Assembly (NCBI RefSeq): GCF_001194135.2
Contig: NC_068983.1
Span: forward strand, 58,713,128-58,777,127
DNA: 64,000 nucleotides
Origin: Octopus bimaculoides
Taxonomy: Eukaryota
Reading direction: 5' to 3'
The notes beneath the pieces were generated by a model that saw only the letters and a program-made list of their open reading frames with translations, was not told the DNA's origin and searched no databases. Below, piece after piece: positions 49,681 through 62,558 of this stretch. The translations under genes were made by a program, and so were the position numbers. The first letter of the stretch is position 1. Each line of letters starts with the position of its first letter.

Positions 49681-49860
49681 TTTCTTTATTGCTCACAAGG
49701 AACTAAACATAGACGGAACAAACAAGGACAGACAAAGGGATTAAGTCGATTACATCGATCCCAGTGTATAGCTGGTACTTATTTAATCGATCCTGAAAGG
49801 ATGAAAGACAAAGTCGACCTTGGCAGAATTTGAACTCAGAATGTAGCGACAGACGAAAAT
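49681..49860 (-). mobile_element. SINE-C variant with a Tx1-like 3' tail
   Basis: Standard SINE-C central domain. The tail ..TGTTTAGTTCCTTGTGAGCAATAAAGAAA resembles the 3' end of the LINE at 37271-37312. Confidence 0.8.
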
Positions 49861-51774
49861 ATTAATAAGGGTTTTAATGAGAGTGAGTTCCCGTAATGTA
49901 ACTCTTTTTTTTTCTTTTATAAATACACGAGAAGTGAGTGAAGACTATTTATACGGTACAAAACTCATATCAAACTCGAAGATTTTACACAAAGTTTTAA
50001 ACAAAATTTTATTGGTCGTTTGAAAATCAACTAAAAATCTTAAGAATCGTATCAGAATGATCAAAAGATCTCTTGAATGAATAAACTAAAGAGAAAATTA
50101 ACTGTAATGGTACTCAAAATTACCAATTATACACATTAAGATACTAAGAATTATGCACTCTTTTACGTCCTTCTAAGTTAATAGGACCTTATTTCAGCAA
50201 AAAGCTTGCAAGGTTTTCGGTGTTGTGGGAAGCAATCTATTTTGTTAGTCCCTAATACTAAATTAGTATTTTGTGTTAGTTATCACTCCAAGAGATATAT
50301 AATGCAAAGTTGACCTCATCGAGATTTGAAATCAGCACTTAAAGAGTCAGAAGGAAAAACGATAAATCTTTCTGCCCCAAACGATTTTGCCAGCTCGCCA
50401 CGGATAATAATAACTCTTGCTGTTTATTTGCATCTATCATATTCGATCGATTACCTTTGTTACGATAAAGATCCCTAAAATCTGTTTGAAATTTTTTTTA
50501 TAAAAGAATATATTTATCGTAAACAAAAAAAAAAAAAAAACACCGAGATAGCTTATTGTTTTCGAACTAGGTATAATAGAAGTCATTATCGTGGGCTCTT
50601 TGATGTCAGCTTATCATCGTGTGGTGTGGTCGCCGTCCATCAATTGTTTGGTCAGCTTTTGGCTTTCCTACCACCTGTTGATTGGCACCTTTTGTGTCCG
50701 GTCTGGTGTCTGCCGTTTGTCAGTAGTGGCTAAAATGTGCTGAACATATAGTAGTGGTCTTGCTCAGATATAGTGTGCCAAAGATGAAGCTGCTTTTAGA
50801 TCCGTTTCTACATGAATGGTTGAATTTTTTATGACTTTGGTAATATTCTAGCGAACCGTGATCGTATTCTAGAGTTTCTTTTGTTTTGTTTTTCTTTTCT
50901 TTACATCGGATAGACTGATCCGGGTTCGATTACTAAATATTCTTGCTACCTTTCTACATCTCACTCATAAAATCTTAAGGAGATGTTCAAGTCGTTTATT
51001 GTATGCTGGTGTTTTTTCTGTAATATTTGTACGTTTTGTGCTGCTTTGTAGCTGTTTGTTTGTCTGTGCTGTCCCTCCACATTTGAGGAGAGATGGCTAA
51101 ATCTTTAGCGAAAAACATGTTCTATTCAGACCCAAATGTGTCAGAACTATCGTCATCCAAGGAGATTGTAAGAGCAGTAGAAGTAATGGACAAGTGCCGA
51201 AAGAAGAAAAGTTTCGTAGAGGTAACAGAGGTTTCTAAAAAAAAGAGGTAGATCTGAAAAATTTAAGGAATTTCGAAAAAATGTAAGAGAAGTTGGTGAC
51301 GTGAAATTGTCACTACCTCAGGAAATTATAAGAAACATGGAAGAAACGAAAATAGTGCATAAGGTTTATTCAGTTAAAGAAAAAGAAAATCGAAAGTGAA
51401 CCTACGGAAGTGATAGAAAAGGCCAATCTTTCAAGATATGTTATTTTGTTTATTTTTTAAAAAAATGTTGCCAAAAACACCCGTTTTCGGATACGGAGGT
51501 TCCGGAAAATTGCCAAAAAACGGCATTGTTAAATTTCCCCCTTCCCCCCAAATTCTTCAATTTTGACTTTTTTCCCAAACACTAACCCTAAAACCCTAAC
51601 CGTACCTACAGAGATGTTTTGAAATTTTTGTCAGAATCGTGATGTCCGTATTTTTCTGCATATTTAGAAAGAAAAAAAATTCTTTAAAAATCATTTTACC
51701 AAACTTTTTGAAAATTTCTGAAAAAAGTAAAAAATGAAGGAAATGGGAGTGGTAATTTAAAAATGCCTATTTTT

Positions 51775-52273
51775 NNNNNNNNNNNNNNNNNNNNNNNNNN
51801 NNNNNNNNNNNNNNNNNNNNNNNNNNNNNNNNNNNNNNNNNNNNNNNNNNNNNNNNNNNNNNNNNNNNNNNNNNNNNNNNNNNNNNNNNNNNNNNNNNNN
51901 NNNNNNNNNNNNNNNNNNNNNNNNNNNNNNNNNNNNNNNNNNNNNNNNNNNNNNNNNNNNNNNNNNNNNNNNNNNNNNNNNNNNNNNNNNNNNNNNNNNN
52001 NNNNNNNNNNNNNNNNNNNNNNNNNNNNNNNNNNNNNNNNNNNNNNNNNNNNNNNNNNNNNNNNNNNNNNNNNNNNNNNNNNNNNNNNNNNNNNNNNNNN
52101 NNNNNNNNNNNNNNNNNNNNNNNNNNNNNNNNNNNNNNNNNNNNNNNNNNNNNNNNNNNNNNNNNNNNNNNNNNNNNNNNNNNNNNNNNNNNNNNNNNNN
52201 NNNNNNNNNNNNNNNNNNNNNNNNNNNNNNNNNNNNNNNNNNNNNNNNNNNNNNNNNNNNNNNNNNNNNNNNN
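51775..52273. other. Assembly gap (N run)
   Basis: Ns. Confidence 1.
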
Positions 52274-53167
52274 CATTTTCATTGTCATTCATATTTATCA
52301 TATTTTTTAATTGTTATATGTCCCCACGTCTTGTATTGTCCCGTCTGCGTGCGCCCCTTGTGGGTAATAAAAAATCACACTCTTAAAAAAATAAACTCTT
52401 GCTACACCTTCGTCACAGTTACACACATCACAGTACTGCATTGTATATTAGTTCTATGTCTATAGATCTGTTTAGTTCATTCAAGGTAGTTCAAAGGTGT
52501 ATATATAAAATCTATGAACGAAAATGACAGATATCGTTGAGGAAAAATGAATTCGTCAGCAATTGAAATCTCGTAGGTTTTTATCGTAATTACATGGTAA
52601 ACCTTGAATATTTTAAATGTAAAAAAAGTATTAAAATCCTGTGCAATAATATTGTTCATCATGTTCAGCAGTAAATGGGCCTTCCTAATCATTACAGTGA
52701 GTAATATTATTGTATAGAACCTCTTAATTATCATGGTTGTTAATTATAGTCTGCACACCATCATCTGCTATTCGCTCAGCATCATATCGTTCAACAAGAT
52801 TTTCGTCTTCTTTGCTATACAGTACAATTCAAAATTCCAAATTTCTTGAGTGATGATAATTATATCACATCTGTTAATGTTATTAATAATTCATTATTAT
52901 TATGGAGGTGTGTGTGTGTGTATGAATGAATGAGAGGTACAGGGTTCGATTCTCTGAATAAAGACCTGCTGACTGCTTTTTTTCCGTTTTCTAATGGGAA
53001 TATAACTGATTTACTAAACTGTCTTCACAGCCATCCTGCATTCGAGAATTCCTTTATTTCCCACACACGCGAATCATCTATTTCCTATGTGCAAATCGTC
53101 TAAGAGACTAGAAGTCAGGGAGATCAGCTGTGATAGGTATTTAATACTATAAATTTCGGATTATATA

Positions 53168-54101
53168 NNNNNNNNNNNNNNNNNNNNNNNNNNNNNNNNN
53201 NNNNNNNNNNNNNNNNNNNNNNNNNNNNNNNNNNNNNNNNNNNNNNNNNNNNNNNNNNNNNNNNNNNNNNNNNNNNNNNNNNNNNNNNNNNNNNNNNNNN
53301 NNNNNNNNNNNNNNNNNNNNNNNNNNNNNNNNNNNNNNNNNNNNNNNNNNNNNNNNNNNNNNNNNNNNNNNNNNNNNNNNNNNNNNNNNNNNNNNNNNNN
53401 NNNNNNNNNNNNNNNNNNNNNNNNNNNNNNNNNNNNNNNNNNNNNNNNNNNNNNNNNNNNNNNNNNNNNNNNNNNNNNNNNNNNNNNNNNNNNNNNNNNN
53501 NNNNNNNNNNNNNNNNNNNNNNNNNNNNNNNNNNNNNNNNNNNNNNNNNNNNNNNNNNNNNNNNNNNNNNNNNNNNNNNNNNNNNNNNNNNNNNNNNNNN
53601 NNNNNNNNNNNNNNNNNNNNNNNNNNNNNNNNNNNNNNNNNNNNNNNNNNNNNNNNNNNNNNNNNNNNNNNNNNNNNNNNNNNNNNNNNNNNNNNNNNNN
53701 NNNNNNNNNNNNNNNNNNNNNNNNNNNNNNNNNNNNNNNNNNNNNNNNNNNNNNNNNNNNNNNNNNNNNNNNNNNNNNNNNNNNNNNNNNNNNNNNNNNN
53801 NNNNNNNNNNNNNNNNNNNNNNNNNNNNNNNNNNNNNNNNNNNNNNNNNNNNNNNNNNNNNNNNNNNNNNNNNNNNNNNNNNNNNNNNNNNNNNNNNNNN
53901 NNNNNNNNNNNNNNNNNNNNNNNNNNNNNNNNNNNNNNNNNNNNNNNNNNNNNNNNNNNNNNNNNNNNNNNNNNNNNNNNNNNNNNNNNNNNNNNNNNNN
54001 NNNNNNNNNNNNNNNNNNNNNNNNNNNNNNNNNNNNNNNNNNNNNNNNNNNNNNNNNNNNNNNNNNNNNNNNNNNNNNNNNNNNNNNNNNNNNNNNNNNN
54101 N
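53168..54101. other. Assembly gap (N run)
   Basis: Ns. Confidence 1.
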
Positions 54102-55514
54102 ATATATATATAACTTGTGGATGAATTTCTCAGCCAAATATTTGTGAACACCTCAGAAACATGTCTCCTCACACAGAGAACAAAATTAGTATAGTTGTAG
54201 GAAAGGCCATTATCTGTTTTCTTGGTTTGAACCTAATCCTTCATAATTTAGAGTTCGCTTCTGCTGTGTGTGTAAAATGTTTATATCTCAATACACACTA
54301 TTCCCATTATTCATATTTATCTCTATCTCGCTCAACATTATTGTGTGCTGTAGTATCTTCATTTACGATAACATAAATGTTATCCTACTGTCATTAAATA
54401 AACATAGATTCCTTCATTTTATTTTTCACCATGATGAAGGATAATAAAAGTACATGGCAGCTTAAGATAGGAATTCTCTTGAAGGAATAGCATTAACGTA
54501 GTGTGTTCAGAGGTTGAAAATACCAGTATCATTGAAATATTCTCTGAAAATTCTGCACTGAAGCATTAATGGGATAAACAGTAGTCGCTTTGAAGTAGCC
54601 ATGACAGCTATGAAATGGAAATTCAAAGCGTAAATTCCTTGCTAAAACAAACAAACTAGCATGGGTGTATTTGGATTCCTTATCTATAAATTATTTATAC
54701 TTGTCAATGATCGACTTCACCTCTGTCAAAGTTTAGTATCAACTGCTGTCATTGTAAAAACAAAATTGATCTGAATATATTTTGTTGCAGTTTTGTACAT
54801 TCATTTAAACACCATTTGTGTAAAGCTTGGATTATTATTTCGTGCTGTATATATTTACGTATGGCTAGTAAACTAGAATGTTCTATTTTACATCAACAAT
54901 ACTTGTCAGCCTGTTTACCTAAGTCAATGAAACGCATGTCAATATCATGGCTTCAAGAAATAATTTTTCTGCTGTGAGAACAACTTCATTCTCTTACACT
55001 TCTTTTAGTGTTTTATTTTCCCCCCTTCCATTATCTTTCTATACTGCAATCAGTTGGATAGGTATATGCATATTGTTTTTGGCATATTGTCTGTAAATAG
55101 GTAATTCTATCTTTCTTCTGTGTACCATCTATTATATGATATTTTCATGACAAAGATCTGATAGGTCGTTGCATATTAGAAGTTAGAAGGAAATTGTAGA
55201 TGGAGAAATTTTAACCAAAACGATCTTTAGCTATTTCTCTGAATAATGTAAAACAAGAAAATGTGAAGATGTGAAATGAATACATATGTCGATATAGTTA
55301 AAGAATATTTCTAATAAACAAATTTTATAGAACAAAAATGTCTTGAAGTTTCATATCCTGATTGCTCCAGACAATCAAATGATGTCGTTTTTACATATTC
55401 AATTCAGAAAGGTTGCTGCCATCAATAAGCAGATGCAGCTACGCATGTGTGAAGCGGTGCAAGACCCCACTCCAGTTGTTAAGTCACGTTGGTTCTCTTT
55501 TTGAAAGAAAATCT

Positions 55515-55727
55515 GGGTTTCAAATTTTGGCACGAGATCAGCAATTTCGTGGGAGGAGACTAATCGATTGCATCGATCCCAGTGATTAGCTGTTACTTAG
55601 TTTATAGACCACCCAAAAGATGACAGGCAAAGTTGACCTCGGTGGAATTTTAACTCAGAAGATAAACAGACGCAATCCTGCTAAGCAGTTTTCCCGGCGT
55701 GCAAACGATTCTGCTAACTCACCGCTT
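55515..55727 (-). mobile_element. SINE-C variant
   Basis: GGCAAAGTTGACCTCGGTGGAATTT..GCTAAGC..CCCGGCGTGC.AACGATTCTGC. Confidence 0.8.
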
Positions 55728-57734
55728 TTCTTGAAAGAAAATATTTAAACAAAATTACGATTTGTTGATATCACTGCATCCCCAGGATGGCCAAAGGCCA
55801 GAGTTTAAATATTGTACAATACTACATAAATCTAGAAAAGATTCACAATAAAGGCAGATATCTAAGCTATAAAGTTGGACAGATATTTTATTCTAGTTTT
55901 TCTTTCTCCTTCTAAACATCATGCTCGTGCTAGTAATTTTGGTTAATCGTATTCAGCAATGGTCATCTATGTCCAATCAGATCTATTTATAGAAACACCT
56001 GATCACATGAAACAACTAATCGCCATTTCCATCCACGCTCACCCCGTATTTATTGTGGACATGTCATGAAATTTGGTGAACAAAACCTATGATATATATT
56101 TTATTCGCTGTAGAGTGTTTTCTGTGAGAGATCTTGGTACTATTTTAAGCTTATTGTGTAAATTTCTATAAAGGTTTCATCCGTGACTGAACGAAATGTT
56201 TATTCTTCTTCTTTGTTTTTACGCTACGGGCATTTCAGTTTCATTAGGCCTGGTCAATCACGTGGATTCACACCGACAAGCCTAAATTAAGTTTGCCCCC
56301 TCTGATACACAGGAAACAGTGAATAATACGTTCGCTGATATTGTGAATGGCTGCCGGGCTGAGTAAAATACCTGGTGTACACAAGTGAAGCAATATTAAG
56401 TTGGATAGCCAACTATTTGTTGTACGTGATGTGTATGCGCCGTTCACATGCAAGATACTGTGGCTTTCTCCTTCCAATACTTATTGTTTTATTAACGTAG
56501 CATGTCTATAAGAGCTTTCGTCTCAGACGAAAACCACTGTATCGTACCTTTCAATGGTGTATATACTTTCAGTACGACACATGGATGACTCTTTTGAGTT
56601 AACGCTGTTTCAATTGCATACACCGTGGTTTTGTTCGGCCTAGCAGATTTCAGGCAATATCAATGAATCTTTTATTCAATGCTTCCTACATAATAGGATG
56701 GAAAGATTTCGTTTGGGCATGTGACATGTGAGAGCACGTCATTTACAGGGCCAATGTAGGCTGAAACGCGAGTGGCGTTTTTGTAAATCACTGATCGGAA
56801 TATGTTCATTTTATTTCAATATCGATTGCGTCTTCAACACAGCATCTCAATTGAGAGATATTCTTTCAGACAAAAACTACAGCCACTCATCGGCGTATAT
56901 ACGTTAACTATGATAAGTATACGACAATTTTATTTTAATGTTGCTTCAATAATTACGTACACCGGATATAATGCTATACTTAAAACTGAGATTGAATCCA
57001 ATGCATATAATATAAGCGGTCAGCTATCCAACAAGTTTTTTTCTCCATTTTTGTATATAAAACGGTATTTCTAATGAAGAACGGTAGCCTATAGAAAACC
57101 GAGAGGATATTAAAAATTTTCAAACTATATTTCATGATTGATTATAGCAAACCATGATTCCAAGTCACAGCACAGTTTTATTAGCAATTCAAGGTAGCAG
57201 AGAACAATTTAGCTAAGGTTTATTAGTTTCTTTCATTTATTTTCTACAAAATAGTTTTCATTATGTGAGTTATGTCCTGTTGTCTCATTGAATTCAATTT
57301 ACAAAATTTCCAGCTGAAAGGGTGTTTTCAGAAAATTTGTAATATCACTGAAGGAGAAATGTCGCTTTATTCATCAGCTTATTACAATATTTCATATCAA
57401 AGCTACTATGTATGTATATGTGTTCTCATTAATATTCATTACAATATTTTCCAATGAGATAAGAGACGCTTGCTTATTGAGTGACACGGATTCCATTGTT
57501 AAAATGTATACAATAAACTGCTTAAATAAATCAGCTACAGAAATTCTGAAAGTTCTAACAGATTCTCATGATGTGGTATATCTAATGGACTGATTTTATA
57601 ACATGTGACTTAATCGTACATATTTTAGTTTAAACTCGAACATCAACTTTTGTTATATAATTTAAGATGTATGCGTCGACATCTATAAATCTAAATAAAT
57701 AAGTGACTACAAAGACTTATTTGTTTGTGCACGT

Positions 57735-58045
57735 GTGTTAGTGAAGGTGTTTGTCAGGACACTCAGCTCACGATTGTAAGGTCATGAGTTCGATTCTCAG
57801 TAGTGTGTTTTCTCCTTGAGCAAAACACTTTAGTTCACTTTACTCCAGTCCACTCAGCTGGTAAAAATGAGTTGTACCTGCATTTTAGAAGACCAGCCTT
57901 GTCGCATTCTGTGTCAGGCTGAATCTCCATGAGAACTACATGGACATGTTTGTAGTGTGCTCACCCACTTGCACGTTAATTTTAAGAGCAGGCTGTTCCG
58001 TTGAGTGGATCAACTGAGACCCTCATCGTCGTAACTGATGGAGTA
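57735..58045 (+). mobile_element. SINE-E: different tRNA head and CORE-like middle, with the 3' tail shared with SINE-B
   Basis: B box GAGTTCGATTCTC. Middle CCTTGAGCAAAACACTT..CTCCAGTCCACTCAGCTGGTAAAAATGAGT. 57893-58043 aligns with SINE-B 27655-27813. Confidence 0.75.
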
Positions 58046-58129
58046 GTTGTGTGTGTGTGTGTGTCAGTGAAAACGCTGACCAGCAATATTCCAAAGTGAT
58101 GTTGTATTTATTCATGATGACTTCCGATT

Positions 58130-58332
58130 CAGGCACAAGGCCAGCAAATTTGAGGGATAAGGGATACGTCGATACCACCGATCCTAGTTCTTTATACCTA
58201 CTTTGTTTTAACAAATCAAGATACACGAAAGGCAAAGTTGAGCTCGGTAGAATTTGAACTGAGAATGTAAAGAGCTGGAAAAATATCACACACCATTTTT
58301 CCGATGCTCCAATGAGTCTGCCAGCTCAGCGT
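58130..58332 (-). mobile_element. SINE-C variant, diverged
   Basis: GGCACAAGGCCAGCAAATTT..AAAGGCAAAGTTGAGCTCGG..GAATTTGAACT..CTGCCAGCTCA. Confidence 0.75.
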
Positions 58333-59248
58333 ACGGTGGTAACAGTTCATAAAAACCAGGTGAGTTGAGTTATATATAACCAACCACTCTGTCTCAAAAA
58401 CATAAATCACCTGCAGTGGATTCGAACTTACAAACTGGAAGTTCTTTGGCCTTAATTTAAAAGACAATATCCACTAAGCTATATTACGTACACTTAAAGT
58501 ATGTAGCAGTGTTATAATTGATTTCGTTTAATAACGATTTCACATTTATAATCATAAGATAGATTCCCATCCAAATTTGCATCGGCTGATAAGAGTCAAG
58601 TTAATTAACTATTAAATATTACATTTAATTGTTAATTATTTTATTAACCTTGGATATATGAAGGTAAAATCTGGTTCTATTGACTCTCATGAATATGTCC
58701 TGGAAAAACTGGAATTCTATTAATTTGTAGAAATGAAATGTGTCTGTGCGTTGTGTGTAAGTATTGGAGAAAGCGAAGTGTGCGTGTGTGTGTGTGCTTA
58801 TGCAGGTTGAAAGGGGGGGGGGGAAGAGGGGAGATGTTGCTCATTATTGCCATCATTAAACAGTCATTAGCCGCCTCCTGTCCTTATCATAATCTTTGCT
58901 CTCCGTTAGCATTATCACACACACACACACACACATGTATGTATGTGTGTGTGTATATATATATATATGTATATATATAGTTCAGAGATGAGAATCAGAT
59001 ATTCCTCATATGGAATATACTTGTCAGTGCTCAAGAGATTTAAACTTAAGCAAGTTAGACAGATCAATATATACAGTATATGAAATACGTGAAATACCAC
59101 AAAAAAGTGTGCACGTATACATATAAAACGGTCTGACTTCCACAAATAATATAGAGAATTAAAGGGGTTGAAGAAAGGTACAATTTTTGTATTTCATGTA
59201 TTAAATATACTTTATATATCGATCTGTTTAACTTACCCTTACATTTAC

Positions 59249-59311
<63 letters not shown>

Positions 59312-59324
59312 GCGNNNNNNNNNN

Positions 59325-59359
<35 letters not shown>

Positions 59360-59363
<4 letters not shown>

Positions 59364-59690
59364 GCGATGGGTAAATTGTCACCATTTCATATTTCTAATT
59401 TTGTGCATGTACATTATTTGTGTTTGATTTTGTCGACTACACAGTATAATAGGGTCAGTTGGGTACTGCCTGTGAGAAAGACAGCACCATGACGCAATTC
59501 ACTCTGCCAGAAATTTGGAAGCAACATGCTGTACTGTTTGGCATTCGCGATGGAATTTCCAATACGAACATTTCAGAGTGTTTGGGTGTCAATCTGAGGA
59601 AGTGCAGAGTATTTGGAAAGAGTTGGATGAGTCTAATGGTGATTACGAAAGAATGGCAGCTCAGAAAACTCCCACTCATCGTTCAGCCCG
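59360..59690 (+). mobile_element. Tc1/mariner-superfamily 5' fragment (TIR-like end plus transposase N-terminus)
   Basis: Starts CAGTGCGATGGGTAAATTGTCACC. MTQFTLPEIWKQHAVLFGIRDGISNTNISECLGVNLR / VQSIWKELDESNGD is an HTH-like sequence with a frameshift. No catalytic domain. Confidence 0.6.
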
Positions 59691-60319
59691 AAAAAGTTTG
59701 GGGAACACTAAATTAGAGGAACAGTGAAATTTTGTAAAACATTTGGGGTACCTGGATGAATACATGTGAACTGTCACATATACATACAGGATAAACATGC
59801 AGGCACACACATTGACAGTAATGAAACATACACACTTGTGTTCTTTGCAATATACACGTATGGGTGAAAGTTTATCAACAGACATGTATATACAACATGC
59901 TCACATATACACCTGCATCAACCAATTCTTGTAACATCAAATCCCAAGCAAATATATTAAGTACGATACAAAGATAGTTAATTTAATAGTGCTTGAATTG
60001 CGTACACCGAGATTTTATTCAGCCCAGCAGCTATTTGCAGCATCAGTGAATTGATTTTTCAGTTTCCTTTATATCAGAGTGATAGATTTCATCGAGGCAT
60101 TTGCTTAGTCAGTGTAAATGATTGACAAGACCCAAGAAGGTCAAAACGCATCTGCCATTTTTGTGAATCTCTGCTGGAACAATTTCTCATCTCGCTCTCA
60201 TAAATGTTGAGCTTATAACATAGCATATCTATGAAGAAATTTTCTTTCAGAAGAAGGTCATAGTATCATACCTTTCAACAATGTATATACTTTTAGCATG
60301 ATGCATACATGCATACTTC

Positions 60320-60387
60320 TATAGGAAATATCCGCGTGGACTGCATGCTGGGATTTTCTTTGATAGATGGGTATAGAGTGGCTTTGA

Positions 60388-60447
<60 letters not shown>

Positions 60448-61145
60448 NNNNNNNNNNAGAGGGAGAGAGAGAGAGCAGAGTACGATGGGGTTTTATGAAT
60501 ATTTTATCTTTTAATGATTGTTTAGTGTGAATGCTTGATGTGAATTCTAATTGGAAGAGGCTAAGTGATTCTATTGATCATCATTTCAATTGGAGGATGG
60601 GGAGACAGAGAGAGAGAAAGAGAGGGAGAGAAGAATTATTCTATGAATGTTGGGAATATATACAGGTCATAGAGAAGTTGACCTTGAAGAATATCTTGTT
60701 TGGTAAGTGATGGATAATTAATGAAGGTGAGCTGAGGCATTCAGCAGTCAGCTGTGGTGATGACAGGTAGATTGAAGAAGAGACCTGACAAAACAAGTGG
60801 GTAAAATAAAAATAATGGCAACAACAACAACAACAATAACAATAATAATAATAACAGTGATAGTTATAAATCAATTTTGAAAATAAAAAAATAAACATAG
60901 ATGAATAGACAGGTGTGAATGTAAATAATAAAAACTAAATCTATGAGAAAATATATGAATATGAAGATGAATAATCAATAATCAATAAATCTAATCATAA
61001 AAGAAAAAAAATTGAGAAAAAAACTATTAAAATATATTGTAGACATGTCGGTGTGTGTGGAGCTGAGAGGTGAAGATGAATAAATAGCAAAATGTACTAA
61101 ATAAATATCCTGTAAATTAAAAAAAATTGAACTTGGTGGTTGTTA
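60320..61145. repeat. Left arm of a long inverted duplication (partner 62558-63442)
   Basis: 60480-~60580 is essentially identical to the reverse complement of ~63237-63337. Similarity continues inward to 61140 and outward to ~60320. Confidence 0.92.
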
Positions 61146-61278
<133 letters not shown>

Positions 61279-61284
61279 CCATCA

Positions 61285-61430
61285 CTAAAGCACGAGGCCT
61301 GAAATTCAGGTGGAGGGCTTCTAGTTGCCTACATGGACCCTCAGTGTTCAACCAGTACTTATTTTATCTGTCCCTAAAAAGATGAAAGGTAAAGTCGACT
61401 TCAGAGGAATTTGAACTCAGAACGTAAAGA
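61285..61430 (-). mobile_element. SINE-C, 5'-truncated
   Basis: CCAGTACTTATTTTATC..GATGAAAGGTAAAGTCGAC..GAATTTGAACTCAGAACG. Confidence 0.8.
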
Positions 61431-61814
61431 ACCATAACTTATAATTGAGATAGAGGTGTGAAGAAGTGAATAGCCTTGACAGTGATAGCGTTAATAAAGC
61501 ACTGGTAATGTTAGAAGTAGGTATTGAAAATCATTTGCCTCTTATGAGTAGAAAATGAATGAGCAAAACAAGAATGGGCAGTAAAGATACTGCTGAGATA
61601 TGCAAACTTATAGGTTCTCCTTTCTATAAATACTGAATATCAGATGTAATGAGAGACAATGTCACTTATATCGTGATGATGAGTTAAAAGAAACTCATGA
61701 TTGAAACATTTATTAATAACTTACTTCGGCTGCCAAAGACCTAGCCTAATGAATTACAGTAGCTACCCACTTCTGTAATTCTGTCAGCATATACTTACAA
61801 TAAGCGCATGTATT

Positions 61815-62045
61815 CTTTTGTTTGTTTCATTTATTTGACTGCAGCACTGCTTTTAGTCACACAATTTAACTTCAGGACTTATTCTTTGTAAGCCCAGTAT
61901 TTATTCTATATGTCCCATTTGCCGAACCGCTAGGTTACGGATATGTAAACACACCAACACATCAGTTGTCAAGCGATGGTGGTGGGGGACAAACAGAAAC
62001 ACACATACATATACATATATATATATACATACGACGGGCTTCCTC
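61815..62045 (-). mobile_element. SINE-A 3' half plus start of head
   Basis: TTTGCCGAACCGCTAGGTTACGG..TTGTCAAGCGATG..ACGACGGGCTTC. Confidence 0.8.
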
Positions 62046-62077
62046 AATAGAGCAGTATTTTGAGCATGTTGTTGTTG

Positions 62078-62432
62078 TTATTATCATTATTCAGTAGTCT
62101 TTTTTTACGTGCTTTCACTACACTACCGAGCGCAGCTCTGTGTGCCTTGGGTATGTGCTGTGGCTTGCTGTGATGCTCTTATGGTTACTGTATTGAAAGT
62201 GATTTGCGTAGGATGTGTGCAGTTCCCAGTAGTGTAATTTTCTGTATGTTATATACATTTGTAAGTCCTGGTGTTTTTGTTATGTATTTGTCTGAATATT
62301 TTTTTATCATACCTAAGGCGCCTATTATAAGAGGAATTGTCTCTGTTTTTAGACTTCACATTTGAGTTACCTTTATTTCCAGGTCTTTGTATTTTGAAAG
62401 TTTCTCCATTTCTTTTAGAGAAACGTTGTCAT
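62078..62432 (-). mobile_element. R4/Dong-like RLE LINE 3' fragment
   Basis: KEMEKLSKYKDLEIKV..TETIPLIIGALGMIKKYSDKYI..IQKITLLGTAHILRKSLSIQ*. Same 3' UTR as 6690-7018. Confidence 0.88.
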
Positions 62433-62496
62433 CTGTGACGCTGAGCTACAATTATTATTATTATTAGTGTTGTTATTATTATTATCATCATCAGCT

Positions 62497-62557
<61 letters not shown>

Positions 62558-62558
<1 letters not shown>

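Noticed and set aside
50570-51080. Possible decayed LINE ORF2 linker on the minus strand (HVETDLKAASSLAHYI..)
   Set aside because: Only a vague resemblance to the R4 post-RT region, too weak to call without BLASTX.
51696-54172. ORFs of 170-340 aa
   Set aside because: They consist almost entirely of N gaps. The same applies to 3617-3892 and 42204-42537.
56740-56780. GCC-loop-GGC followed by GAAACGCGAGT (hammerhead 3' half?)
   Set aside because: No CUGANGA box upstream.
60666-60702. 37-nt exon candidate with a perfect GTAAGT donor
   Set aside because: The acceptor lacks a pyrimidine tract, and the paralogous arm has lost the donor and the frame.
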